Positions 39,534-50,973 of a stretch of DNA of 51,837 nucleotides are shown here, piece after piece (position 1 is the first letter of the stretch; the number at the start of each line of letters is the position of its first letter). The translations under genes and the position numbers were made by a program. The stretch is from Vitrella brassicaformis CCMP3155 (lineage: Eukaryota; Protista; Chromerida). Location: NCBI GenBank assembly GCA_001179505.1, contig CDMY01000559.1, positions 1 through 51,837 of the forward strand, in the 5' to 3' direction. Under the pieces are notes generated by a model. The model searched no databases, was not told where the DNA came from, and saw only the letters and a program-made list of their open reading frames with translations.

Positions 39534-39606
39534 GGCTCCATGGCGAGTGGTTCGCCACGGAGTCATGTGAGCCGGTCGTCGTGGGTTCAATTCCTCCAGT
39601 TGACCA
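39534..39606 (+). pseudogene. tRNA-derived sequence (73 nt) with Pol III A and B boxes; probable SINE head
   Basis: GGCTCCA-TGGCGAGTGGTTCGCC (A box, GGCG/CGCC D stem), CGG/CCG partial anticodon stem, GGGTTCAATTCC B box; acceptor stem mostly unpaired, so not a functional tRNA. Confidence 0.6.
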
Positions 39607-39898
39607 CGGCGCAAGTTTCGCGAGGAGGGTCTAGACTAGCTACCCTAAGGATCTCACTGGACTGTCTGTCAAACGGATCTCACTGGGCGCGCCGCGAGGA
39701 CCAGCCGAGGAGTGGCACTAGGATGCGTAGGGTAGCTGCCGTGAAACCGTGCAATAGCTGAGGACACAGAGGCGTGCGATCGGTCGATCGGAGTGTGATC
39801 GTGCGTGGCCAGTGTACATGAATCCGACTCGAAAAAAGACTCGGAGGTTAGGGCCACGAGGCGCGTTAAACACACTACCTACCTACCTACCTACCTAC
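39534..39898 (+). mobile_element. Candidate tRNA-derived SINE ending in (ACCT)n
   Basis: tRNA-like head, body segments repeated at 30028-30062 and 31904-31960, tail GTTAAACACAC(TACC)n. Confidence 0.5.
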
Positions 39899-40163
39899 TT
39901 CTTCAAAGGCATAGCTTCCTAGCTCGCATGATGGCAAGGGGGTTTATCCATCACAGGAAGCCATGGAGGCATAAGATGGAGCACGGCATCAGCTCCGCCT
40001 CCCCCTGACGGTCCTGGCGACATGCGATTCATCGGAGGAGGTCGACATCGGCAGGAGGCGCACCGGAGATGCAAAAAGGCTGACTGGGATAATTGAACCA
40101 CTCCATGCATCCTCGTGTGCTCCACTCGGATGAGTCGGGGCGACACTCGGGGGAGCCTGGGTG

Positions 40164-43100
40164 ATGGCCTACAACCTCCGCAACACTGAAGCAAGACAGG
40201 CCAGGGACTACTATGCGGGGAATGTGAGGCGGCTATTCCAAGAAGGCAATGGCCAAGAAGCCGACGAACCGAGCCAGCAGACTCAGAGCGGCGCACTATG
40301 CACTGTCTGTGCAGAAGAGCTGCACGGCGACGCGTTGCACCGCCTCCCCTGCCACCCAGACACATGCATCCGCTGCCTGCTGCGGACATACACCCACCAA
40401 AACGGACACCGCTGCCCGCAATGCCGCGCGCACTTCGCCTTCGAGGTGCTTGAGGAAGCCGTAGGAGATGAAGGGACCCTCCCGCTCTGCGCCCACATCA
40501 TCGAGCACGTGCATCGCAACGCACCGAGGGCCGACGCGTCCGACCAGTACAACGCTGGCGACGCAGTAGAGGGCAGATGGCGCCTAGAAGAGGACGTGCT
40601 CATGCTGCCAGGCACCAACACACTGCTGCTCGAGCTGCCCCAACTCAATCGCAACCTGGAGCTCGGCATCGAGGAGCCCCCACTGCCAGGCAGCATGGCT
40701 GAGATGGAGGATGCAATAGCGAACGACCCAGAGCTCTACGGCCCAGCACGACAGGAAGAGCAAGACGACGAATGGCGACCTCCGACAGAGCCTTCCTAGC
40801 AGCCCAGCGAAAACACGGAGCAGGCGGGGGGGAGGGCGTGGGTCGACGTGGTCAATACCAGAAGGGAGGCGGCTACACCGGCGGCGAGCGGATCGTCAAA
40901 CGGAGCGGCACAGGCGGCACAACCGAGGAGGCAAAGCAACAACAACAATACCCGCCCGAGGACCAGCAGCACGGCGTCCCGCGCCAATATGTCTCTCGCA
41001 ACACGACGACAGAGGCGGCAGCACGGCAGAAGACAACGGCAAATATACCTCCCGAGAGGCTTCCAGCTCCCCAGATCGGTGGCCCGGCGGCCTCAGCGCA
41101 GCAGGGGCGGACAACCAGCCATGCGGTCGCCCAACCCCTTTCAAGCGCTGGAGACCATTGACGAGGAGGAGGCAGCCGCAGACGAGTCCGCCACACAACA
41201 GCCCCAGCAGCGCAGCGGGCGGGAGTGGCGGCCCGTCAACCGGCCAGCCGCTTCGCCAGAGGCAACCGCCCCCACTGAGCAGCCCGCCACCCAGCCACCC
41301 GCACCACCAGGGCCTACCAGAGGCGCCAGGCGGCCCACCAGCCAACAAGCCGCCCGGCCAGAAGCCGTCGCACCCACCGAACGGTCCGCCGCCCACCCGG
41401 ACACACCACCAAGAACCAGCAGGAGCGTCTGGCGAGCCGTGAGCCAGCAGCATGCCCGACAGCCCGCCTCAAGCAGCGTGCAAGAGGGAGAAGCGCCTGA
41501 GCGCGAGTGCGAGTACATAGAGGGGGATTATCAGTATGGGGAGGAGCAAGAGGACCAAGACGAGAGCCAAGAGGAGCGGGGCAGCTCACAGCAAGAAAAC
41601 CCCCTAACGGAATCGAACCCACACTCAATGCACCCTCGTGCTTCTCACTCGGGTGAGTGTCGGCATCGATCCCAACCCCACACGCAACATCCTCCGCCCC
41701 ACACACGACAAGGATGGCGCCCCACCACGTACCCAGGCGCACCACCATCGGCCCCCACACTCGTCCGGCGCCCCAGAACCCAGCGACACGCCGCCTCAGG
41801 GCATGAGGCGGGCGTATGGATCCCGATGCAGAGAAGGGCGCCGCCAGGACAACCAGCACAGCCGCCGACACACATATGGGTGGCAATTAGAGGTCGCCCA
41901 CCAGGCCTGGCCCCACCATCCCAACAGCCCTCTCAACAGCCCTCTCAACCGTCTCAACCACCTCCACAACCCCCTCAGCCGCCAACAGGCGCAGACAACC
42001 ACGCCAGCAACACGAGAGGGGGCAGAGGCGGCAGACGAGGCGGCCGAGGGTCAGGGAGAGGACGGGGGAGGGGGCGAGGCGGGGGGCGAGGGCGTGTCGC
42101 GCCGAGAGGAGGAGGAGGCGGCGATGGCGGGGACCCCGACGGGCCAGGCGACGACACGGGTGGGGGCGGCGATGGGGGAGACCACAATGAGGGCGGCAGC
42201 CGCCGCGCCACATCAGCACGCAACGGCACGCGTGGGGCGACCAAGACGATCCCGGAAAGAGGGCTGGCGTTCCTGAGGAACCGCACAGAAGAGCAGCACA
42301 CGGCGACCTGGCGCATGGGCATCCCGACGTAGGCGAGGATCCCCCCACAGGCAAAGCTCAGCCTATGGGACGTGATGGAGGCGGCTGACGCGTTGGTCAG
42401 CCCCGACGGCGACACCAACCAGCTGGACGACGGGTTCCTCCTGTTTCTGTACATCCCTTCGTTACTGCTGTTCCCAACCAAGAGAGGAGGGGCGGGAGGG
42501 AGGAGGAAGTGGGAGCGGAGATTTCGGCTGTTTTCGGAAGGGGAATGGGAGCTGCTGCTACGAGAGGGGGCCGATTTCGCACCGAAGAGCACCGAGACGA
42601 CACCGGCCATCCACCCCACACCCGCCCACCCCACCCACGACACGGCAACGCAGAGGGCGTTCATGACAGCCAAGCGGCTAGTGGAGCTTGGGGAGTTCAC
42701 ACGAGCGGCCAAGAAGCTGGACTCCACCCCAGTCGCCCCAGCCACGGAGGAGACATACGCCAAGCTGCAAGCCCTTCACCCCTCACGCAACACGCCCGTC
42801 ACCAAGCCGGACATCAACGTGGAGCCCGCGGCACTCGACGTCCCACCCAAGGTGCTCGCGAAGGCACTCCGCTCAGCAGCAAAAGGCGCAGCACCAGGGC
42901 CGTCCGGCTGGCGGTTCGAGCATCTGCTGGGCTACCTCAACTCGTCGAAGCAAGGGCTCCGGCAGGGAGAGGAGCGCATCCCCTTCCCCAAGATCATCAG
43001 ACGGCTGCTGAGCGCGAAGCTCCCACAGCTTGTCACCAAGCTGCTCGGCACTGCGAATCTGATGGCGCTGACGAAAGGGCCCAGCAAGGTGCGGCCGGTG

Positions 43101-44773
43101 GCGGTAGGGGATGCAGTGCGGCGATGGGTGACGAGAGCAGTGTGCATGCAGTACAAAAACAAGATGGCCGCCTACTTTGCCCCCCTCCAGTGCGCAGTCG
43201 GCACCCCAGCAGGCAACGAGAAGCTGTTCAAAGCCGCCGAGACCTTCATCCAGAGCCGGAGGGAGGGCGAGAAGCGACTGCTTACGACGCTGGATTGCAC
43301 AAACGCCTTCAACGAGGTGGACCGTCAAGCGATCGTCAACGAACTCGCCAGCCAGTTCCCTGAGCTCTTCCACTTCCTCTGGCAGTTCTATGGAGAGCCG
43401 GCGGAGCTGTGGTATCGACTTGCAGACGGCAGGGTGAGGACCATCCTGAGCCAGCAAGGCACTCAGCAAGGAGACCCGGCCGGCCCCTTCCTCTTCTGCC
43501 TGGCCCTCCAGCCGGTGCTCAAGGCCATCCAAGCCAGCTACCCACGCGCCCTCATACAAGCCTTCATGGACGATATCACACCGGGGGCCGACGAGAGTGA
43601 GGCAGATGGGGTGGTGAACAAAGCGGAGGAAGAGCTGCAGACCATCAGCCTCAAGCTGGCCAGGAAGAAGAGCAAGGCGTACGGCCCCCACTGGACGGAC
43701 AGCGAGCCACCACCGGACGACCTGCTGCCTGGCTTTGAGAGGGAGGGGCTCTCGGGTGAGGGCATTGACATCCTGGGTGGGGCAATAGGGACGGACGGCT
43801 ACGTCGCTAACAAGCTGCAGAGCGTCCTCGACTCCCACCGCCCCCTCATCGAACGACTCAACGCGTTCGCACACGAGCAGCGGCAGGACTCATCGCTTCT
43901 CTTCCGCTCTTGCGCAGTCCCACGGCTGTATTACTGGCTTCGTCTCCTTTCCCAGCGCCCTTTAACCACCGAGGTCACGGCGCTAATGAGGGACGAGGAG
44001 GTCATGAATGCAGCCATCGCCATCCACGGGCTGGGAGAGGAGGACTCCACCGAGCCGCAGCGACGACAGATGGCGCTACCAGTGAGAGAGGGGGGAATGG
44101 GTATCACGGCGGCGAGCGCCATCCTGCCGGCGGCATATCTCGGCTGCACCGCTGTGACGCTGCCATACGTGTGGAGACACTACCAGCTGGCGCCATGGAT
44201 GCCACAGGGGGAGGGAGGGGGGGAGGGAGGGGGGGATGGAGGGGAGGACGGAGCGGCAGCTTTACTGCAGCTGCCATGGCTACGGGCTGCGGAGGCGGCA
44301 AGAGAGAAGCTACTGGAGAAGCTGCCAGAGACGGAGGTGCCCACGCTGGCCAAGCTGCTGGAGGGACGCACAAAGCCACGGCTGCAACACGATCTGACGG
44401 CCAGCCTGATGCGCATCGAAGCAGACGCCCTGCTGGACGAGTTCGGCGAGGAGTCAAGAGACCGCGCACGGCTGAGAAGCTGCCGAGGCCCAGGAGCTAG
44501 CGGCTGGCTGACGACGGTCTCGGCGCACCCGGGCCTCCGCTTTACCAACGAGGAATTCGTCACCTGCTGCCGTCTGAGGATCGGCGCCACCCAACACCCC
44601 TCACTCGCATCGGACTTCTGCTCGTGCGGCAAACCGCTGGATCCCTACGGTGACCACATCCTCTGCTGCGGCACAGGCAACGAGCGCATCTGGCGGCACG
44701 ACCTGCTGTGCGAGGAGTGGCGACGCATCATCAGGAGCGTCCAGATCGCCGTCGACCGAGAGGTCAACCTGGC
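40164..44773 (+). mobile_element. CRE-like non-LTR retrotransposon (family 2): RING-like finger, disordered/RGG region, RT, CCHC finger; runs into gap
   Basis: One frame from 40164 with TAG at 40797 and 42330; APGPSGWRFEHL, VRPVAVGDAVRR, LDCTNAFNEV, GTQQGDP (~43458), FMDDI (~43563), LPVREGGMG, CSCGKPLDPYGDHILCC. Confidence 0.9.
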
Positions 44774-45073
44774 NNNNNNNNNNNNNNNNNNNNNNNNNNN
44801 NNNNNNNNNNNNNNNNNNNNNNNNNNNNNNNNNNNNNNNNNNNNNNNNNNNNNNNNNNNNNNNNNNNNNNNNNNNNNNNNNNNNNNNNNNNNNNNNNNNN
44901 NNNNNNNNNNNNNNNNNNNNNNNNNNNNNNNNNNNNNNNNNNNNNNNNNNNNNNNNNNNNNNNNNNNNNNNNNNNNNNNNNNNNNNNNNNNNNNNNNNNN
45001 NNNNNNNNNNNNNNNNNNNNNNNNNNNNNNNNNNNNNNNNNNNNNNNNNNNNNNNNNNNNNNNNNNNNNNNNN

Positions 45074-46334
45074 CCATCGCCATTCACGGGGTGGGAGAGG
45101 AGGACACCACCGAGCCGCAGCGACGACAGATGGCGCTACCAGTGAGAGAGGGGGGAATGGGCATTACAGCGGCGAGCGCCATCCTGCCGGCGGCATATCT
45201 CGGCTGCACCGCTGTGACGCTGCCATACGTGTGGAGACACTACCAGCTGGCGCCATGGATGCCACAGGGGGAGGGAGGGGGGGAGGGAGGGGGGGATGGA
45301 GGGGAGGACGGAGCGGCAGCTTTACTGCAGCTGCCATGGCTACGGGCTGCGGAGGCGGCAAGAGAGAAGCTACTGGAGAAGCTGCCAGAGACGGAGGTGC
45401 CCACGCTGGCCAAGCTGCTGGAGGGACGCACAAAGCCACGGCTGCAACACGATCTGACGGCCAGCCTGATGCGCATCGAAGCAGACGCCCTGCTGGACGA
45501 GTTCGGCGAGGAGTCAAGAGACCGCGCACGGCTGAGAAGCTGCCGAGGCCCAGGAGCTAGCGGCTGGCTGACGACGGTCTCGGCGCACCCGGGCCTCCGC
45601 TTTACCAACGAGGAATTCGTCACCTGCTGCCGTCTGAGGATCGGCGCCACCCAACACCCCTCACTCGCATCTAAACCATTGACAGCAGGCAAACCGCTGG
45701 ATCCCTACGGTGACCACATCCTCTGCTGCGGCACAGGCAACGAGCGCATCTGGCGGCACGACCTGCTGTGCGAGGAGTGGCGACGCATCATCAGGAGCGT
45801 CCAGATCGCCGTCGACCGAGAGGTCAACCTGGCGCGCCTGGGCGTCTACCCGACCACCACCGATCCAGACGGCAAACGGATCGACCTCTACTGGGTGGAG
45901 CAGGGAAAAGGCATGCTCGGCGACATCACCATCGCCCACCCCACACGCCCCGACCCCTCCACCAACAGACACCACGCGACCACCAACAGGCAGAACGGAG
46001 CAGAAGACGGCAAGGCGCTGCGCAGCGCGGCCGACAGGAAGCACAGCAAATACGGCACAGAGGCGAGAGCAAGCAACTTCACCATCGTCCCACTGTCGGC
46101 GGAGAGCTACGGACGGTGGGGGGACGAGGCGGCTGCCCTTCTCAACCGTATGGCCCGGCACATGCGGCCACCTGTCTATATGGAGGAGGGCGATGTGGAG
46201 TTTTTCCGCGAGACAGCAGTGGAGAGGTGGTGGGCTCGACTTAGTGTGCTGCTGCAGAAGGGCAACGCACACATGGTGCGGAGCAGGGCGTGGCGGGCAA
46301 GCAGGTGGAATGGCCAGGAGAGGGCGGGTTTTGC
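45074..46334 (+). mobile_element. Family 2 3' segment, copy 2 (RT thumb, CCHC region, REL)
   Basis: RIDLYW...GDITIAHP...ADRKHSKYG...LSAESYGRWG...RLSVLLQKGNA; nearly identical to copy 1 over the overlap. Confidence 0.88.
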
Positions 46335-46633
46335 NNNNNNNNNNNNNNNNNNNNNNNNNNNNNNNNNNNNNNNNNNNNNNNNNNNNNNNNNNNNNNNNNN
46401 NNNNNNNNNNNNNNNNNNNNNNNNNNNNNNNNNNNNNNNNNNNNNNNNNNNNNNNNNNNNNNNNNNNNNNNNNNNNNNNNNNNNNNNNNNNNNNNNNNNN
46501 NNNNNNNNNNNNNNNNNNNNNNNNNNNNNNNNNNNNNNNNNNNNNNNNNNNNNNNNNNNNNNNNNNNNNNNNNNNNNNNNNNNNNNNNNNNNNNNNNNNN
46601 NNNNNNNNNNNNNNNNNNNNNNNNNNNNNNNNN

Positions 46634-47734
46634 NTCCCACGGCTGTATTACTGGCTTCGTCTCCTTCCCCAGCGCCCTTCAACCACCGAGGTCACGGCGC
46701 TACTGAGAGATGAGGAGGTCATGAATGCAACCATCGCCATCCACGGGCTGGGAGAGGAGGACACCACCGAGCCGCAGCGACGACAGATGGCGCTACCAGT
46801 GAGAGAGGGGGAAATGGGCATTACGGCGGCGAGCGCCATCCTGCCGGCGGCATATCTCGGCTGCACCGCTGTGACGCTGCTATACGTGTGGAGACACTAC
46901 CAGCTGGCGCCATGGATGCCACAGGGGGAGGGAGGGGGGGAGGGAGGGGAGGACGGAGCGGCAGCACTACTGCAGCTGCCATGGCTACGGGCAGCGGAGT
47001 CGGCAAGAGAGAAGCTACTAGAGAAGCTGCCGGAGACGGAGGTGCCCACACTGGCCAAGCTGCTCGAGGGACGCATAAAGCCACGACTACAACACGACCT
47101 AACGGCCGGCCTGATGCGCATCGAAGCAGACGCCCTGCTGGACGAGTTCGGTGAGGAGTCAAGAGGCCGCGCACGGCTGAGGAGCTGTCGAGGCCCAGGA
47201 GCTAGCGGCTGGCTGACGACGGTCCCGGCGCACCCGGGCGTGCGCTTCACCAACGAGGATTTCGTCACCTGCTGCCGTCTGAGGATCGGCGCCACCCAAC
47301 ACCCTTCACTCGCATCGGACTTCTGCTCGTGCGGCACCCAGCTGGACACCTACGGCGACCACCTCCTCTGCTGCGGCACAGGCAATAAGCGCATCTGGCG
47401 GCACGACCTGCTGTGCGAGGAGTGGCGACGCATCATCAGGAGCGTCCGGATCGCCGTCGACCGAGAGGTCAACCTGGCGCGTCTAGGCGTCCACCCGGCC
47501 ACCAACGATCCAGACGGCAAACGGATCGACCTCTACTGGGTGGAGGAGGGAAAAGGCATGCTCGGCGACGTCACCATCGCCCACCCCACACGCCCCAATC
47601 CCTTCACCAACAGACACCACGCGGCCATCAATAGACAGAACGGAGCAGAAGACGGCAAGGCGCTGCGCAACGCGGCCGACAGGAAGCACAGCAAGTACGG
47701 CACAGAGGTGAGAGCAAGCAACTTCACCATCGTC
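46634..47734 (+). mobile_element. Family 2 3' segment, copy 3 (variant type B)
   Basis: Same region with a shorter Gly tract (GEGGGEGGEDG) and diagnostic changes CGTQLD, GVHPATNDPDG, VEEG. Confidence 0.88.
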
Positions 47735-48033
47735 NNNNNNNNNNNNNNNNNNNNNNNNNNNNNNNNNNNNNNNNNNNNNNNNNNNNNNNNNNNNNNNNNN
47801 NNNNNNNNNNNNNNNNNNNNNNNNNNNNNNNNNNNNNNNNNNNNNNNNNNNNNNNNNNNNNNNNNNNNNNNNNNNNNNNNNNNNNNNNNNNNNNNNNNNN
47901 NNNNNNNNNNNNNNNNNNNNNNNNNNNNNNNNNNNNNNNNNNNNNNNNNNNNNNNNNNNNNNNNNNNNNNNNNNNNNNNNNNNNNNNNNNNNNNNNNNNN
48001 NNNNNNNNNNNNNNNNNNNNNNNNNNNNNNNNN

Positions 48034-49088
48034 NGTGTGGAGACACTACCAGCTGGCGCCATGGATGCCACAGGGGGAGGGAGGGGGGGAGGGAGGGGAG
48101 GACGGAGCGGCAGCACTACTGCAGCTGCCATGGCTACGGGCAGCGGAGTCGGCAAGAGAGAAGCTACTAGAGAAGCTGCCGGAGACGGAGGTGCTCACAC
48201 TGGCCAAGCTGCTTGAGGGACGCACAAAGCCACGGCTACAACACGACCTGACGGCCGGCTTGATGCGCATCGAAGCAGAGGCCCTGCTGGACGAGTTCGG
48301 CGAGGAGTCAAGAGACCGCGCACGGCTAAGGAGCTGTCGAGGCCCAGGAGCTAGCGGCTGGCTGACGACGGTCCCAGCGCACCCAAGCCTGCGCTTCACC
48401 AACGAGGATTTCTTCACCTGCTGCCGTCTGAGGATCGGCGCCACCCAACACTCTTCACTCGCATCGGACTTCTGCTCGTGCGGCACCCAGCTGGACCCCT
48501 ACAGCGACCACCTCCTCTGCTGCGGCACAGGCAATGAGCGCATCTGGCGGCACGACCTGCTGTGCGAGGAGTGGCGACGCATCATCAGGAGCGTCCGGAT
48601 CGCCGTCGACCGAGAGGTCAACCTGGCGCGTCTAGGCGTCCACCCGGCCACCAACGATCCAGACGGCAAACGGATCGACCTCTACTGGGTGGAGGAGGGA
48701 AAAGGCATGCTCGGCGACGTCACCATCGCCCACCCCACACGCCCCGATCCCTTCACCAACAGACACCACGCGGCCACCAATAGACAGAACGGAGCAGAAG
48801 ACGGCAAGGCGCTGTGCAACGCGGCCGACAGGAAGCACAGCAAGTACGGCACAGAGGCGAGAGCAAGCAACTTCACCATCGTCCCACTGTCGGCGGAGAG
48901 CTACGGACGGTGGGGGGACGAGGCGGCTGCCCTTCTCAACCGTATGGCCAGGCACATGCGGCTACCCGTCTACATGGAGGAGGGCGATGTGGAGTTTTTC
49001 CGTGAGACAGCAGTGGAGAGGTGGTGGGCTCGACTTAGTGTGCTGCTGCAGAAGGGCAACGCACACATGGTGCGGAGCAGGGCGTGGC
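48034..49088 (+). mobile_element. Family 2 3' segment, copy 4 (type B)
   Basis: Open frame through CCHC and REL motifs; private SNPs (EVLTL, HPSLRF, PYSDH). Confidence 0.88.
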
Positions 49089-49388
49089 NNNNNNNNNNNN
49101 NNNNNNNNNNNNNNNNNNNNNNNNNNNNNNNNNNNNNNNNNNNNNNNNNNNNNNNNNNNNNNNNNNNNNNNNNNNNNNNNNNNNNNNNNNNNNNNNNNNN
49201 NNNNNNNNNNNNNNNNNNNNNNNNNNNNNNNNNNNNNNNNNNNNNNNNNNNNNNNNNNNNNNNNNNNNNNNNNNNNNNNNNNNNNNNNNNNNNNNNNNNN
49301 NNNNNNNNNNNNNNNNNNNNNNNNNNNNNNNNNNNNNNNNNNNNNNNNNNNNNNNNNNNNNNNNNNNNNNNNNNNNNNNNNNNNNNNN

Positions 49389-50137
49389 GGATTTCGTCAC
49401 CTGCTGCCGTCTAAGGATTGGCGCCACCCAACACCCTTCACTCGCATCGGACTTCTGCTCGTGCGGCACCCAGCTGGACCCCTACGGCGACCACCTCCTC
49501 TGCTGCCTCACAGGCAATGAGCGCATCTGGCGGCACGACCTGCTGTGCGAGGAGTGGCGACGCATCATCAGGAGCGTCCGGATCGCCGTCGACCGAGAGG
49601 TCAACCTGGCGCGTCTAGGCGTCCACCCGGCCACCAACGATCCAGACGGCAAACGGATCGACCTCTACTGGGTGGAGGAGGGAAAAGGCATGCTCGGCGA
49701 CGTCACCATCGCCCACCCCACACGCCCCGATCCCTTCACCAACAGACACCACGCGGCCACCAATAGACAGAACGGAGCAGAAGACGGCAAGGCGCTGTGC
49801 AACGCGGCCGACAGGAAGCACAGCAAGTACGGCACAGAGGCGAGAGCAAGCAACTTCACCATCGTCCCACTGTCGGCGGAGAGCTACGGACGGTGGGGGG
49901 ACGAGGCGGCTGCCCTTCTCAACCGTATGGCCAGGCACATGCGGCTACCCGTCTACATGGAGGAGGGCGATGTGGAGTTTTTCCGTGAGACAGCAGTGGA
50001 GAGGTGGCGGGCTCGACTTAGTGTGCTGCTGCAGAAGGGCAACGCACACATGGTGCGGAGCAGGGCGTGGCGGGGAAGCAGGTGGAATGGGCAGGAGAGG
50101 GCGGGTTTTGCTGAGGGGCTGTTGCTAGAGCGGGGGC
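49389..50137 (+). mobile_element. Family 2 3' segment, copy 5 (type B)
   Basis: CCHC through REL to ...ERAGFAEGLLLERG, then gap; private SNPs (CCLTG, ERWRAR). Confidence 0.88.
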
Positions 50138-50973
50138 NNNNNNNNNNNNNNNNNNNNNNNNNNNNNNNNNNNNNNNNNNNNNNNNNNNNNNNNNNNNNNN
50201 NNNNNNNNNNNNNNNNNNNNNNNNNNNNNNNNNNNNNNNNNNNNNNNNNNNNNNNNNNNNNNNNNNNNNNNNNNNNNNNNNNNNNNNNNNNNNNNNNNNN
50301 NNNNNNNNNNNNNNNNNNNNNNNNNNNNNNNNNNNNNNNNNNNNNNNNNNNNNNNNNNNNNNNNNNNNNNNNNNNNNNNNNNNNNNNNNNNNNNNNNNNN
50401 NNNNNNNNNNNNNNNNNNNNNNNNNNNNNNNNNNNNNTGCTGTCAATAGTTTAGATGCGAACATGTAATCGACCGTCCCAGCGCATGGACACACGGACAA
50501 TCTTACCCTTAACCACCACCACCACCACATTGTGAATTGTGAATCAGATAGCATTTCATCCGCATGTGCAACAGCATTATCGCTAAAGGCAATGGGGCGC
50601 GAACCTTGTTGCAACTAATGGGGGGGGGGGGGATGCATTGACACATCGAAAGTACGATCCCCGAAAGCTGCGAGATGGTGGGAGGCATCGTAACAAATTA
50701 CGAGTAATGCGCCCCAACAAATTGCTTAGCGTCAACCGAACCAAATTACGAGTTTTGCTTAGCGTCCAGCGGCGCAAGCAAAACTCTCAATAAATGTCGA
50801 TTCGTATCGTACATGCATGAATTCTCATATCGTACATGGCATCAATCTCTTAGCGTCAGAATGCCATTCAAGCGTTTGAGAATTTAGCTGCACAGGACGA
50901 ATGTCATGTCGAGACCGCCATGCGCATTTGGGGCCAAACTGGTGAGAAATCAACTGCTGCTGCAGCCCAACTG

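Larger units (their letters stand above)
44774..50437. other. Five ~300-N assembly gaps (about 44774-45073, 46335-46633, 47735-48033, 49089-49388, 50138-50437)
   Basis: Uniform N runs separating the repeat copies; true lengths unknown. Confidence 0.95.

Noticed and set aside
39534-39606. Functional tRNA gene
   Set aside because: Acceptor stem pairs at only 2-3 positions and the anticodon stem at 3 of 5.
39900-40160. Spliced-leader RNA target or HDV-like ribozyme at the element 5' end
   Set aside because: No dinoflagellate/Perkinsus-type SL sequence and no convincing nested pseudoknot found by eye; an Infernal search would be needed.
40797-42332. Genome-wide TAG reassignment
   Set aside because: Host genes in the window appear to end at TAG (transporter 24663-24665, PDI-like 16560-16562), and long host exons lack in-frame TAG.
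40873-44632. Overlapping antisense and alternate-frame ORFs across the retrotransposon
   Set aside because: Expected by-product of high GC content and codon bias.
45672-45688. Loss of CCHC cysteines in copy 2 (CTAAACCATTGACAGCA replacing CGGACTTCTGCTCGTGC)
   Set aside because: An isolated same-length block substitution in otherwise near-identical sequence looks like a gap-filling or consensus artefact.
44601-50614. Very long ORFs (687-1234 aa) in the ORF track
   Set aside because: They read through N gaps and join different frames and copies.
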